Assembly: GCA_051294375.1 (NCBI GenBank)
Contig: CM119268.1
Span: 5,331,313-5,395,312, forward strand
Reading direction: 5' to 3'
Length of the DNA: 64,000 bases
Source of the DNA: Paraspadella gotoi
Lineage: Eukaryota; Animalia; Chaetognatha
A program made the position numbers and the translations under genes. Below are positions 1 through 12,892 of this stretch, piece by piece. Positions within the stretch are counted from its first letter, which is position 1; each line of letters begins with the position of its first letter. The notes beneath the pieces were generated by a model, which had not been told where the DNA came from, did no database searches, and saw only the letters and a program-made list of their open reading frames with translations.

Positions 1-1
1 C

Positions 2-3000
2 ATGCTGCCACCCACCCCACCTTCACTTTACTCATCCGTGCCAAGCATCATTCAATCCCATCCAAACCTACTTCAGAGGTCAACCCCTTCTGGTGGACTG
101 TCAGAAAACATTGGACCTGGGGATGGAGATGGTGCCGCTGCAGCATCTGACAATTCTGTTGTTCCTTCAGTGGTTAACCAACCTTCACATTCAGTTAATC
201 ACAGTTGCCTGAATATTGGATCTGCACCAGGTGCTACACTGATGGCACCCGGGGTCTCGAGTCCCCTTCATCATCCTGTGCCTACTCGGGGTGCTCCTGA
301 AGGAAGTAATGCTCCACCTCCCTTGGCGACTCTTGTGTCTGTATCACAGGCAGCTCCAGATGCTGGTAATTTAGTTGGAAATGGTGGAAGTGCTGACAAT
401 GATTCACCTTTAGTTCATGACTCAAACATTGATCATGTAGGTACTGTGGGAGTAGATCTCGATTCTGATTTAAATTTGCAACCAAGCTCTCGCAGTCAAC
501 AGCATCATCAGCAATCATTCCCCCAGCAACGTCAAAGTCAAGTTATTCATAATTTCAGGTCACATTTATTTCCAACAGTGGACTCGCCTATTTCCTCAGG
601 TGCAGAGCATCATATTGAACATGAGGCAGAGTCATCATCATCCCGCCCACCATCTAGAGATCGAGACAGTCCAGGTGTTGGAAGAGATGCCCCCAATCCT
701 CCCCGTACCAATTCCCTCAGACAGCAACAGTATCAGCAACATACACAACCGCTACCAACTTCTAGAAATGCTCAGGTTTCAGATGAGGTTGAGGCCATAG
801 CGCGTGATGGGAGTGGCCCACAGAGCTCCAGTGTAAGGCCCAATCCTGGTGATCGCAAGATGGATCAAAGCTGGAGAAGGAATGAGAGACGTGATGCTCC
901 AAATATCCGTGACAACGCCAGAGATATGGCTAATAGACCACCTAGTCGTAGGCCTCAGCATTCAAAGGGAAAAACTGATGTGCGGGAAAACCGTGAAAAA
1001 GAAAAATCTCGTCATCAAGGGGATTCCCGTCGTCGTCATGCAGATTCATATTATAACTCTGGCGAGAGCATTCATTCCCAAAGCCCATATTCATCAGATG
1101 ATAATGATAATCATCCTTATGATGGACGCCGACGCCCTAGTCGAAAGGCCCACAGTCATAATTATGCAAATCGAAGTACTAGCCGTCATCGTGATCGTCA
1201 TGACCGGAGTTGCAGCCGTGATCGACACTGGGGAGCACCTGATGTAAATGACCCATTTAACAACTCTGGCAGTGAATACAATGAACGTGGACATCGGAGT
1301 CGTGGGAATGGAAAGAGCAGAGGGGATGATTACAGTGATTATAATTCTAAGAAGAGTGACAAAAGTTTGAACAAATCAGGTCGTTCTTCACGTCCAGAAA
1401 GTCGTAATTATTATGACTACCAAGCAGACTACAATCGTCAATATTATGATTGGTACAATCAATGGTACCAGTCAATGGGAGAAAATGCTATGCATGCTGG
1501 ATACTATGCTGAACTTCAGAGAAGTCAAAATGCAACATTAAACCATTCTAATACTGATCGGGTGCAGCACAATTATGAAAGTCCATATCGGCCTGGAAGT
1601 CGAGGTGTTCCAAATGATATTTCAGCTATTGGTTACCCACCTGAATTTCCTTACAGTAGTTATGCCCCATTTCCCTATCCAGGATATTATCCAGGTTACC
1701 CTGGTTATCCAGGATATGGTTACCCTCTCCCCCGCGCCAGAACACCACCAAAATTTTCTGCACCTCACGTTTGTGCTCGCTTTGGTCTAGGTGGACTTCA
1801 TCTTGTAAAGGTTCTTGATAATTCTCCTAAATATGGTCAACCATGTGTTGTTGAGATTTTACAAATTGAAACTACTGCTTTGCGAGAGGGACTTTCAGAT
1901 GATATTACATCGTTTCCTGGCCCTCTGTCTAAACGAAAACCACATAAGCCTGATTTGGTCAGATTTTGTCGTGAGCGTGCAGATAAATATGGGGGAATTG
2001 ATCCTAAAATGAAAAGAGATGATGGCTTTGACCCTTCCACCTTGCAAGATTCACAGGGCAAAGAGCTATTATGGCGATTTATGGAAGCAATGGTAAAACA
2101 GAATGGGAAGGTTTTGGGGCCAGATCTTGCAGAATTACTTTTGCAGGGTCGTGAAATTTTGGTTGGACGATCCATGACTAGTCAAAGAAAAATACAAAGA
2201 AACACTGTGAATGGTAGTCATCAGTCCTTAGATGGAGAAAATGCTAAGCACTTGGGCAGCCATTCAAGTTCCTCCTCCGTTACAGATGTCAGAATTAATA
2301 ACCCATCATTAAACCTTAATCATTACAGAGAGTTGCTGGCCTTTGGGAACAAGCGCGAAGCAGTAGAATGGGCTTTGAGACATGGTGCTGAATCTCATGC
2401 TTTCTATCTTTCAATGCTTATTGATTCAGTGACGCCAGGTCCAACTATGGCTGATGTTGTTCAACGTTTAGAAGCATCCCTACCTTCTAATGATCCAATT
2501 TTGACAGCTTATTTTCTCATGAGTCATCGACAACCTCCTGCCATAGCCAAGATTTCAGATGATTCTTTTGGAGATTGGCGACCTCACATGGCCGTTATTT
2601 TATCAAATCTTTTAGATGAAATTAGAACCCATTCTTTGTTGTCGCGATCTGTAATTACTATGGGAAATTCACTTACATCTGCTGCCCGTATTCCATCAGC
2701 ACATTTTTGCTACTTAATGGCTCAATCTGGTTTTGGATCATACACGAGGAAAAATGCCAAGATTGTTTTAATTGGTCAAGATCATACCGTGCCATTCGGA
2801 GAATTTGCAACAAATGAAGGAATACAACTGACTGAAATTTATGAATATCTGATGCAGCTCGGTCGCCCTAATTTTGAAATGCCTTACTTTCAACCTTACA
2901 AATTGCTCTATGCATCTAGATTAGCGGAGTTGGGTTACTTCAAAGAAGCTTTGCTTTATGCTGAATCTGTTGCCAAGTTCCTGATTCAAACTTACAATAA

Positions 3001-4999
3001 ATATCCAATGCCAGAACTTACAAAAATGGTGTTTGATTTTGGGGTGAAACTTAAGTTTTTTGATCCTTGTTTAAGACAATATCCTTTGGGAGGTGCCAGC
3101 AAGGATATTCTTCCGGACTGGCTTGAAAGGCTGTCAGTGCTTTTAAATGAGTTTAATGAAAGAGATTGGACAAATAATCCTGTGGAAGGAGAAGATGTTT
3201 CTGCCTCTTTTAATCGCCTAACAATATTTGATTCAGCCTTAGGATCTACATCACCATCTACAATACCTTTGGGAACAATGGCAACCTCCAACATTATTGC
3301 TGCGCCATCAGCTGATTCGGAGACTTATTCTCAAGCTCCAAAAAATGATATTGCAATCGCTGAAGAAGTTACAAAAGAAGAGCCCGTTTTAGAGGAAGAT
3401 AGAAAAGTTGTAGGATGGCAACCAACGCCGAGTGCTCCACCAAAGGCAAAAATACCTGCCATGAAAGACCAATCTAGTGAATCATATTCTGTGGTCGCTG
3501 AACAATATCCGCCGCCACCAGAACCAATTGAGTCTAATGAACCGGGGCCTGAACAGTTTCCTTTAAGCATGGGAAGTGGTCCTTGTAACACAAATCCTCA
3601 ACAATCCCAATTGCCTAATTCGGATAATTTGGTAACAGGTCAAATTCCAGACCCTATTATGTCTATTGAGCATGTTGCTCATGTTCCATCATCATTGTCC
3701 CTCACTTCGACATCAACCCTAGATTCGTACGCCACTCCAAGGACGATACAAAACTCAGATGGATCAGATATATTTCCAACTCCACCAGAAGATCCTCCAA
3801 TTATCGAAAATAGTTCTGAATCAATGTATATACAAAATCCTCGTTATTTTCCACTTCCAACTTCAATTCAGTTGCCTTTAAATGAGGTTCCACCCCCTAA
3901 TCCTATTAGATCGTCCTACAATGCCTACGTGCCCCCTGCCCAAAACCCGTCAATGCATGTTGTCCATTCCGTTGCCAATCCAAACGAAAAAGCAGCATCA
4001 TTTCACCCAGAACCGTCTAGGTCGCGCCAAAATTCTGAGACCGGCCCTCCTCTCTCCAGAAAAAGCTCGCAGGGTCAGTTTTCTCGGCAAAGCTCATTAG
4101 AAAGTGGAGCCAGCAGTTCCAGCAGTGCTTTCCGGGCGCCAGGTCTGCCGGCGTCCAGAAGTAATAGGGCGGGCTCTAGATCAAGGCAGTCGTCCGTGAC
4201 TGACGATTTGAGTCGGGGACAACTGCCACCACCTTTAAGTCGTACCTCCACCGTCGCCTCTATCAGTTCAGCCTCTATCCCGCCTCCTCTCAATCGGGCT
4301 TCAACCAGCACCTCCTTACACAGCATCCCTCCGTCGCCTGGTCGTTCCAACAACTCTTCACTCAACACCAGCGCGCCAGTTTTGACACCCGAGGCTGAGA
4401 CAAAAGATTCCCAAACTGTGGATGAAAAGAAGTCCCAAGCTGGCCAAGGAAGGAGTTGGCTCCCTAATTTGTCGAACCTCGTTGGATCGATCTTGCCAAC
4501 TCCTCCCGGTGCTCACCAGATGAAGCTTCCCGATGACAAAGATCCTCAAATAGTTTGGGACAAAGAAAAGAAAAGATGGATTGACAAGTCAAAACCAGAG
4601 GCCGAAAACGAAGAGGATGTTCCTCCTCCTCCGCCGAGCATGAAGACCAAGCCGCAGCCTCCCGCCGCAGCCGCATTCAACGGCGCTCCGACGCCCGGAC
4701 CCGCCAGCGTCCTTCCTCCTCCACCCTCCTCATTCCGAATGCCCAAATCCCGTGGGGCGCGCGGCCGATACGTCGACGTTTTAAAGGACGCGGGCAACGT
4801 GTCCGCCGCGCCGAAAATGGATCCCGGTCTAGTCAATCCTTTACCCGAGGCGGCGCCAATGCGGGTGCCAGCCTCGTCGGCGCCGCCGATTGGCGCCGCC
4901 AGCGAGACTCCCGACGAAGCCGCGCCGCCAATGTTCTTTAATCCCTCGGCGATGACGGGCGCAGTGACTAATCCTTTTAATCTTCCGCCGACCAAGTGA
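2..4999 (+). CDS. SEC16: Protein transport protein Sec16 (ER exit-site scaffold); uninterrupted 1665-aa ORF, true N-terminus may lie upstream of the window
   Basis: Central conserved domain motifs (TPPKFSAPHVCARFGLGG, FPGPL..KPHKPDL, WRPHMAVILSN, AHFCYLMAQSGFGSY, FQPYKLLYASRLAELG) and C-terminal motifs MKLPDDKDPQIVWDKEKKRWID and RYVDVL. Confidence 0.93.
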   Translation: MLPPTPPSLYSSVPSIIQSHPNLLQRSTPSGGLSENIGPGDGDGAAAASDNSVVPSVVNQPSHSVNHSCLNIGSAPGATLMAPGVSSPLHHPVPTRGAPEGSNAPPPLATLVSVSQAAPDAGNLVGNGGSADNDSPLVHDSNIDHVGTVGVDLDSDLNLQPSSRSQQHHQQSFPQQRQSQVIHNFRSHLFPTVDSPISSGAEHHIEHEAESSSSRPPSRDRDSPGVGRDAPNPPRTNSLRQQQYQQHTQPLPTSRNAQVSDEVEAIARDGSGPQSSSVRPNPGDRKMDQSWRRNERRDAPNIRDNARDMANRPPSRRPQHSKGKTDVRENREKEKSRHQGDSRRRHADSYYNSGESIHSQSPYSSDDNDNHPYDGRRRPSRKAHSHNYANRSTSRHRDRHDRSCSRDRHWGAPDVNDPFNNSGSEYNERGHRSRGNGKSRGDDYSDYNSKKSDKSLNKSGRSSRPESRNYYDYQADYNRQYYDWYNQWYQSMGENAMHAGYYAELQRSQNATLNHSNTDRVQHNYESPYRPGSRGVPNDISAIGYPPEFPYSSYAPFPYPGYYPGYPGYPGYGYPLPRARTPPKFSAPHVCARFGLGGLHLVKVLDNSPKYGQPCVVEILQIETTALREGLSDDITSFPGPLSKRKPHKPDLVRFCRERADKYGGIDPKMKRDDGFDPSTLQDSQGKELLWRFMEAMVKQNGKVLGPDLAELLLQGREILVGRSMTSQRKIQRNTVNGSHQSLDGENAKHLGSHSSSSSVTDVRINNPSLNLNHYRELLAFGNKREAVEWALRHGAESHAFYLSMLIDSVTPGPTMADVVQRLEASLPSNDPILTAYFLMSHRQPPAIAKISDDSFGDWRPHMAVILSNLLDEIRTHSLLSRSVITMGNSLTSAARIPSAHFCYLMAQSGFGSYTRKNAKIVLIGQDHTVPFGEFATNEGIQLTEIYEYLMQLGRPNFEMPYFQPYKLLYASRLAELGYFKEALLYAESVAKFLIQTYNKYPMPELTKMVFDFGVKLKFFDPCLRQYPLGGASKDILPDWLERLSVLLNEFNERDWTNNPVEGEDVSASFNRLTIFDSALGSTSPSTIPLGTMATSNIIAAPSADSETYSQAPKNDIAIAEEVTKEEPVLEEDRKVVGWQPTPSAPPKAKIPAMKDQSSESYSVVAEQYPPPPEPIESNEPGPEQFPLSMGSGPCNTNPQQSQLPNSDNLVTGQIPDPIMSIEHVAHVPSSLSLTSTSTLDSYATPRTIQNSDGSDIFPTPPEDPPIIENSSESMYIQNPRYFPLPTSIQLPLNEVPPPNPIRSSYNAYVPPAQNPSMHVVHSVANPNEKAASFHPEPSRSRQNSETGPPLSRKSSQGQFSRQSSLESGASSSSSAFRAPGLPASRSNRAGSRSRQSSVTDDLSRGQLPPPLSRTSTVASISSASIPPPLNRASTSTSLHSIPPSPGRSNNSSLNTSAPVLTPEAETKDSQTVDEKKSQAGQGRSWLPNLSNLVGSILPTPPGAHQMKLPDDKDPQIVWDKEKKRWIDKSKPEAENEEDVPPPPPSMKTKPQPPAAAAFNGAPTPGPASVLPPPPSSFRMPKSRGARGRYVDVLKDAGNVSAAPKMDPGLVNPLPEAAPMRVPASSAPPIGAASETPDEAAPPMFFNPSAMTGAVTNPFNLPPTK

Positions 5000-6395
5000 A
5001 AATTTTTTTTGGAATTGGAGTTTTAAGATCTCTCGGTTCTTAGTCTTAGCGATGGAAAAGTTGAGATGGTAAATCAAATTACATCACCAGTTGCGTAATA
5101 TCTTCGTTATTCAATCTGATAGATTGGCGAGATAAGCAATGCTTTTTCTAACATAAGCAAGCGAGTTGGCGTAGTTCACAAACCACATTTTTTAGGTTGC
5201 TCGAAATTCATGTAGTTTAAATTTTTTTTCTTAAATCTGGGTATATTATTGTAAATTACCTTTTTATTTCTTTTGAATAGTAATTTGTACCAATTATCAA
5301 TGGTTATGGGTTTATTTGAATTACCTACTTTGAAATTGGTTATTTGACTTGTAATTGTAGTTTTGGGTAATGTGATAATATATTTTAATGTATGTATATA
5401 TATTTGTACAACGACGAAAATTGCTAATGCTAAGTATCAAGTTATTATTAGAATTTAGATTCAAGTTAGATTCAATCTTGTCGGTTTTCGAATCATTTCG
5501 AATTTCATGTTAATGTTTTAACCCCTGTTTAACTCATGATGAACAGAAAAAGATATACTGAATTTACCGATAACCATCATCAATCTTGTGAAATTGAAAT
5601 TTACCCTCAATGTTGATCACTTTAACAATCACTCAAAATTAAATCGTAATAAATTCTTACGTTTTAATGTAACGATTTTCATGAGTAATCTAAAAATGTT
5701 CTTAATAGCGACACAAGTTTATTTGAAAAACTCTGGTAAATTCTTTTCTTTCTTTCTTTTAGTTTTTGTTGTAAAGTTATCAGAAAACTTAACTTTCAAT
5801 ATCTCAAACTGTTAAATTAGGAATGCCAAACCCCAAATTTTTTTAAAAGATTTTTCTGAGAAAAAGTGAAATTTTTAAGTTTCCCTTAAGTCGCCTTTAA
5901 ATTGTATTTAATTTTAAACGTGTAATGCTATATTTTAAGAAAATGTTAAAAATCTGCGGGACCTGGGTACTTGGTAGTCAAACTAGTCATTAATAAAAAA
6001 GAAGTTTAATCCTTGAAATATGTATAACTAAAATTTTCTTTTACAAGCTTGAACCAAACCTAATTCAAGTTTTTCTTAAAAAAACTTTCTATTGATATTT
6101 GTTTATTCTCTCCATATTTTTCTATTCACCAAAACATAACTAGACGAAATTGCTATGTATTTGGCTTTTCAAAAAAAAATCAAGTTTTCCCGCGCTTTCT
6201 AGTCTCTATTCGTGATCTTTGTCTCGTCCTCCCACTGGAGAAACGGCTTGGCAAAGCTCCTCAAACCTAAATGTAATACAATGCGGATTTTATTTTCATT
6301 TTTATAAATTTAAAAAAAAACACAATAGAGAACTCCTTGTTATGCACTAAAGAAAAAAAAACAACCGGAAAAACAAAAGAAAAAAACGAAACTCG

Positions 6396-9300
6396 ATGAT
6401 CGTGAGCGACTCCAACGACGGTGGCGGCGTTGGCGTCGACGGCGGCGTGATGGAGAAGCTCGTGGTTGACTCTGAGCTGCTGACCTACGCCATTCCGTCT
6501 CAGCAGTGTTTCGTCGACGCCGGAGAGACCCTCTGCGACTTCGGTTTGGCTCAAGTCGCTCGTGAAATTCCGCGGACGATCGATACAGCCGCGCCGCAGC
6601 ATCTGGGCAGCGGCGTCACCGCCGCGCCCCGTCCTAACGTCGCAGCATCTTCCTCTCTCTCAGTCAGCCCCGGATCACTTTCCCTTCGATCGTCGGCTCC
6701 GGATTCCGATATCTCGGCGCCGCGAATGGACGGGATCGATCTCTGCCGAAGATTCCGCGACGCCGCCTTCGTGATTCGTTCCGAAGACGCAAGGTGGGAG
6801 TTCTCTTGATGTTATTTGGCTTTAATATTTGGCTTTAGTAATGATTTATAATTGGGATTTTAAGTATATTTCTTTTCTGCTATAAAGATTCGAAGGTGGA
6901 GGTCGAGCGTTGGAGGAGGACGATGATGACGATGACGACGACGGATACGACGAAGGCATCGACGATGATGACGATGTCGACGAACTCCTTGGATCGAGCT
7001 TCCCCTTGGAACCGGCCTTTCCTCGTCCGGACCAAGAGTTTCATCGCATCAACATCTTCAACGATTTGCCGGATTTGCTCAGGGACAACTACGACCAATG
7101 CGTGGAGAGGATCGTCCCCAAGGTTTTGGAGGTGAGGCGGATGTAGTTGGCTGGAGGCGTTGACGGACGATCGACCGAGACTGGGGATTTGTGAGCCAAA
7201 CATTGAAAACATATCAACGGTCCAGTTAACATAAACTTTGATGATATGAAGTTTGATATGTGTTCTCCTGCAGTAATCGATAAAACCATAATTTAAATTA
7301 ATTAAAATATAAACCAATGTTACCTTAAACAAGATACAAATATTATAAGTTATTAGTTCCAGGGATCCTTAAAAAAAAGTGAATCCAACAGAACTTCTGA
7401 AGTTGAACTCTGGTACTGATTCGCCGAAAGATGATCTGTGCTCACCTGATCCATGGTCCCTTATGTTCTGCCCGCCTTCAGGTGCTCTCCACCTCCTCAT
7501 CCCCCCGCGCCCACCAAGCCGCCGCCGCCGCCTTTCTCAAAATTCTTCGCCAAAGATCGATTCCCCCCGAAGTCTTCGCTGAGGCCTTCCTCTCCACCAT
7601 CGTCGCCGGAGTGGAATCGCTCGACGAAGACTTGGAGGCCGTCTGGACGGAGGGACTCTTGCAGGTGGGTCAAATAAATACGAATAATGCTGTGACTCTC
7701 GTTCCTACAATTATCTTGTAACGCACTCTTTCAACGTCAAAGCAAATTCCTATTAAAATATTGGACAAGTGTTGCGAAAGGTTTTTTCTAGTTAAAGAAA
7801 AGAGAGAGAGAAAGAGAGAGAGAGAGACCCCGTTGTTTCTGATCATGAGCTAAAAACACATGGAAATAATTAGCGAATAAACGATTTTGCTTAAAATTAA
7901 TTCCACTTAAATCTAGAAATGAACCTAATTACCTAACATCAAATGCAATTTTTACGTGTAGACAAAAATGTAACATCCAAATTTCCCCCACCCCCTATCC
8001 ATTCCACTTTTTTCCTCCCTCAGATCCTCGAGCTCCTCCCTTCCTCCCTCGTCCACGACTCCATCCTCCCCATCGTCGTCTCCAAATCTCATCTCTCTCG
8101 TCCTCCTTCCTCCCGTCTCTCCGCCTCTCGACTTCTCGGCAAAATCTCCGCAGGACTCGACGATCCTTCGCTGCTACGCCGCGAGGTAAGGTGGGAGGGT
8201 TGGTGGGTGAGGGTGGAAATCGGCTCTCATAAGTTACTCTACATTGATGGTGCATGTTTAATTAAATACTCAAAAAAAGGTTTAAAAACTTGTAATGATA
8301 TGATTTTTTTTCTTTTTTCCCCTCTCTCCCTTCCTTCTCCTAATTTTTTTTTTCTCTTTTCTGCCTTTCTTCCACTCTTTTTCACTCTCATTCTTTTTTA
8401 TTCTGTCCTTTTATTTTTTTTCCTTTTTTCTTTTCTCTCTTTTCCGACCTTCCTCTCTTTCTGTGTCCTTCAATTCTCCCAACTCTTTCCCTCCTCTCTC
8501 TTTTCCTTCCCTTCCCTTCCACTCCCCTGCTCTCTCCCCCCCTTCCAGATCCTCCCCTCAGTCCAAAGCCTCTGCCAAGACTCTGACCATCGCGTCCGCG
8601 CCTCCGCCTCCCGTCAATTGTCCCCCATTGCCCGCGGCCTCGACTCTGACTCCATCGTTTCGTCCGTCCTCCCCGAGTTGGTCGAGTTGACCAAAGACGC
8701 GGAGAAGGGCGTCCGGATCGCGGGGATCGAGACGGTCGCCGACATCCTCGATCTCTTCGACGGCGACGTCTCTCGCCAGACCCTCGCGCCTCTGGCGGTC
8801 AAGTTCTTCGAGAGCGGACTCGAGGCGGAAGACTCCAGCCTCCCGCTCATCGTCAGACAGATCGGCAAAGTTACCCACGGACTCTCGCAGCATTTGACTC
8901 CGGGACAGGTCATCCGGTTCCTCGATCTCTTCTGCCGGATGTGCCATTTGGGCTCGAGGCCGTCGCCGCGGCGCCGTCGACGCCACTCGGACGTCGCCGT
9001 CTCTCCCGACGATGAATTCCTGCGTCTACGACTCTCGCCATTCCGCAACGGTCGCGCCGGCGTCAGAAATCCCGGCGTCGTCATCGCCGGTTTCGAAAGA
9101 GATTCGACGCCGCTAGAGAGAACGTCCTCCTCCGACGCGTCGACGAAAGAGTTGAGCCCCGACGACGTCCTCTCCCCCGGATCTAACTTGGATTCCCCGG
9201 GAACCGACTCGGCCTCCTCATCTCCCGGCAGCGGACCCGCTTCTCCCGGATGTAATTCCGTCGATTCGGACTCGCGTCTCCGTCGCAAACTCGAATCCCT

Positions 9301-12300
9301 CAACAGCATGGAGAAGGAGGAGACGATGATTCGGTGTCGCCTCAACGCCGCTTTCAACTTTCCCGCCATGGCGTCGCTTTTCGAGACTGCGGCGGCGAAG
9401 CATGGGTGCGCCGCCGCGACGCCGTTTCCCGCCTCGGCCGCCCGACTTCGCCGCGCTCTGACCAGCCTCTGCCGGGATCCGCGGGCCGAAGTCCGCCGGA
9501 AAATCGCGGCGGGATTTCACGAAGTCGCCGCCCGATTGCCGGTCGACGATGAAGATGGCGATGACGACGACGCCGTCTCGATCTTCGATTCCCTCGTCCA
9601 CCTTCTCTTCGACGAATCTTTGGGAGTGTTAAAGTCTCTCGTGGAGAATATGGACGCGACGCTTCTCGCCCTCGCCGATCGATGTCGCGTTGATCGAGCG
9701 GACGACGACGACGATCACGACGAAGAAAACGACGATCAACGACGACGACGTCTCTTGCGTCAGCGTCTCTTCGCTTCTCTCGTCCAAAGTTGGGACACTG
9801 CTTACTATTCTTACGACTGGCGACTCCAAGCTCAGGTTTTTATTTGAAACTCAGTTGCGAAAGCTAGCAAATTTTTCCTATTGTTATTATCATGTAAAAG
9901 TGATGGAAGCCATGGCCTGTTCAATGTCAGGGGCAGGATAACTTATTTATTGAATGAATGAATTGTTTTTATATTGGTTGTACCTATTCTTGTCGGATGG
10001 TTTTTTGGTTTTTGTACTCGGTTATTATTGTTGTGCCCCAACGAGAAAAAAGCATAAGCGAACCTTTGTAAACCATTTAACACAAGACTCCCCTTTCTCT
10101 CTCTCTCTCTCTATCCCTTCTTCAGATTTTCGACAAATGGGGCGCCTCCCTCTCCCGCTGGTTTTCCTCGGACCAGATCTTCTTCAACATCGTCCCCTTC
10201 CTCTTCGAAAAGATCCGAGATCTGCGACCGATTCCGGCGCGGCTCTCCGCCTGTCGCTGCCTCCTTCGGCTTGCGCGGCAAATTCGTCGCTCCGAACAGC
10301 GGAGTCAAATCCGCGACAGGATCGTCAAGGACTTCTGCGGTGGACGCAGCTCCGCCGACAGGCTGCTGTTTCTGGAGATGCTGAGGTGAGCGACTTCGGC
10401 GGCGATAGGAAATAGAATAGGCGGTTTGACGTGAGGTTGCTGAAAAAAAGTTGGCTCTAGTGTGCTTTTCCGAAAAATTGTAATGGGATTCTTGCTTTCT
10501 ACACCCTGATTCACATTTTCTTCTACTAAATTTATAATTAACGAATCCCGACGTCTTTCCATATACAACTAGCCTGATGCTCCCACTCTTCTCTCGCCGC
10601 TACATCAAAGAGAATTTCTTCGGCGCTTTTCTTCTTCTCGGTGCGGATCCGGTCCTCGGCGTCAGGCTCAAGTTCGTCCGCCTTTTGCCGGAAATTAAAG
10701 GTAAGTAAAAAGTGGATTTCTTTTTTCCTCGCCCTTTAATATCACCAAGGGGTTTATTTTCGCCACGTTTATCGGGTTTTTTTCGTACTAAAGCGCAACA
10801 TGTGTTGTTGTTCTCACCCTCCACTTCCCTTCCTCCCCCTCTCTCCTTCCTTCCAGACCTCCTCTCTCTTCCTGCCGACGAAGCGCTCGCCGTCGCCTTG
10901 GAATCCTCCGTCGACTCCCTCGCCTCCTCCCTACCTTCTTCCTCCTCTCTCGAAGAATCCCTCCGAGACTTCCTCCTTTCATCTCTCTCGTCTTCTTCCG
11001 CGGACGAGGAGGTTGACGGATCGAGCCTCGATCGCGCCAAGGCGGAGATCGACGCAGAGAATCTCCGGTTCGAACGGCAGCTGCAGGAGGAGGAGGCAGC
11101 CGCACTGGAGCGGCGGAACAAAGAGTTGGCGCTCATCGGTTATTCGGTGGAGGTGACGCCCGTTGAGGGATCGTGGATTCGGTCGCAAGGATCCTCGAGA
11201 AAGACTTCGCTGAGAATCGAAGAGTCTGACGACAAAGAGAGAACAGTCCCCGTCGCCTCCTTGACCGAAGGAGGCGAACCCGAGTCTTCGCTGAATCCGC
11301 TTAAACCCGCCGAGATTTCGACCGATAATTTTAATGAGAATTCTTCCAAAAATGATGCCGAAACATTTACCGACGATTCAATCAAAAATCGTGATGAGAA
11401 TAAAAAACTGTCTGAGAATATAACTCTGGATCCGCTTTCCGCTTCTGAGAATTCTCCTTCGACCCAACCCGCTTCTACTCTCTCTTCTCCCTCCCATCTC
11501 CCTCTCTCCTCGTCCAAATCTTCCAAACTTCCCGTCCACCGACCTTCGCCACCTCCGGATCTTCCCTCTACTTCCGGTCTCCGATCCAAGCTGCCAAAGA
11601 TGTCGTCGTCTTCCTCTCCTCGTCTTTCCGGAATTCGTCCCTCGCCTCCGCCGGGACTGCCCCTCAAATGCACCTCCCCGCCGCCCCAATCTCCTCGTCA
11701 TCCTCCTCCTCCTCAGCGGAACGCCTCGCCCAAAGCCTTGACGCGGGCGGCAAGGTTCGTGGTTCGCGCCCCGTCCCCGTTTCCCTTGAGGAGGAAGAAG
11801 AATGAAGTGGAGGGAAACGAAGTGGAAGTGGCTGAAAAGGATGTAACCTCTTTTGTATCGAAGGATGCCGCCGCAGCCGCCACTTCCGAGGCTACCGCCG
11901 AGTCTCCTCGCAAGACTCCTTCCTCGAAACCGCCTTCTGGCGCGAGCACCACCGGTGCCAAAACGAAGGCGCCGTTTTCCAAATCGGCGTCGTCCTCGAT
12001 CAAATCTCCTCCGAGCGGTGTTCCTCGAAAAATCCCGGCGTCGTCGTCGCCTCAGGCCGTCGCGTCTCCGACGAAGAGCACTGCCCAAAGAAACGCGCCG
12101 CGGTGCCTTCCTCCTTCACCGAGGAACGCATCGTCGTCCTCTTATTCCTCCTCCTCTTCCTCCTCATCCGGCTCGCGATCAGTTCCTTCGTCTCCGACGA
12201 AATCCAAACCTCCGATTCTCTCTTCGTCTTCGTTCTCTTCGAAGACGAGACCCAATTCCTCGTCAAAGACGACGAGACCTTCGACCATCTCCTCCATTCG

Positions 12301-12892
12301 TTCGTCGGGGCTGCGGCCGCCTTCTCCGCGCCCTCCGGTGCTGACCAAGGCGGGAGCGGGAGCGGCGAAATCGACGCCGCCGCCGCCGCGTAAATCTGGT
12401 TTCGTCGTTAAAACGGCCCCGTCGACAAGAAAAGTGGAGGAGACTGAGAAAGTAGCGGATGTCAAGTCGCCGCCTTTTTCCGCCGCTTCATCGTCGAAGG
12501 TGGAAGAGACCGCGACGAAGAATTCCGCCCGTCGATCCAACCTGAAGCCGCCTTCTTCATCAACTTCTGCTTCATCCTCCAAGCCCCCCTCCTTTAATTC
12601 CTCCAAATTACCTCAACGCCTCGCGGCTCCTTCTTTCAAAGGCTCCTCCTCTTCTTCTTCCTCCGCCGCCGCCGCCTCGACGCGCGGCTCTAACCTTCCC
12701 CGGATGTTGAAGGCGTCGTCTTCGGAGCCGAGCCTCGCCCGCCAACCCGTTGGCGCCGCAGATTCGGTCGACCCGGCGCCGCGAGTCGACGTCGACTCGG
12801 GACTCGGCGCCGCGAGAAGATCGAATCTGGCCAGAGAGAAGAGCAGCTCTGGAGGATGTCTCTCGGCCGCCGGAAGGAAAAACATGATTTAA
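6396..12892 (+). CDS. PPP4R4: Serine/threonine-protein phosphatase 4 regulatory subunit 4 (HEAT repeats) with long Ser/Pro/basic tail; exons approx. 6396-6793, 6888-7131, 7482-7664, 8024-8185, 8549-9835, 10126-10385, 10573-10700, 10857-12892
   Basis: Spliced frame is continuous with GT-AG introns; motifs ILPSVQSLCQDSDHRVRASASRQL, CRLNAAFNFPAM, VRRKIAAGFHEV, FSRRYIKENFF..L..DPVLGVRLKFVRLLPEIK..LSLPAD match my recollection of PPP4R4. Confidence 0.85.

Noticed and set aside
5702-5900. Small TTAA-flanked MITE between Sec16 and PPP4R4
   Set aside because: Inverted-repeat match is only a few bases (GCGAC/GTCGC); too weak to call.
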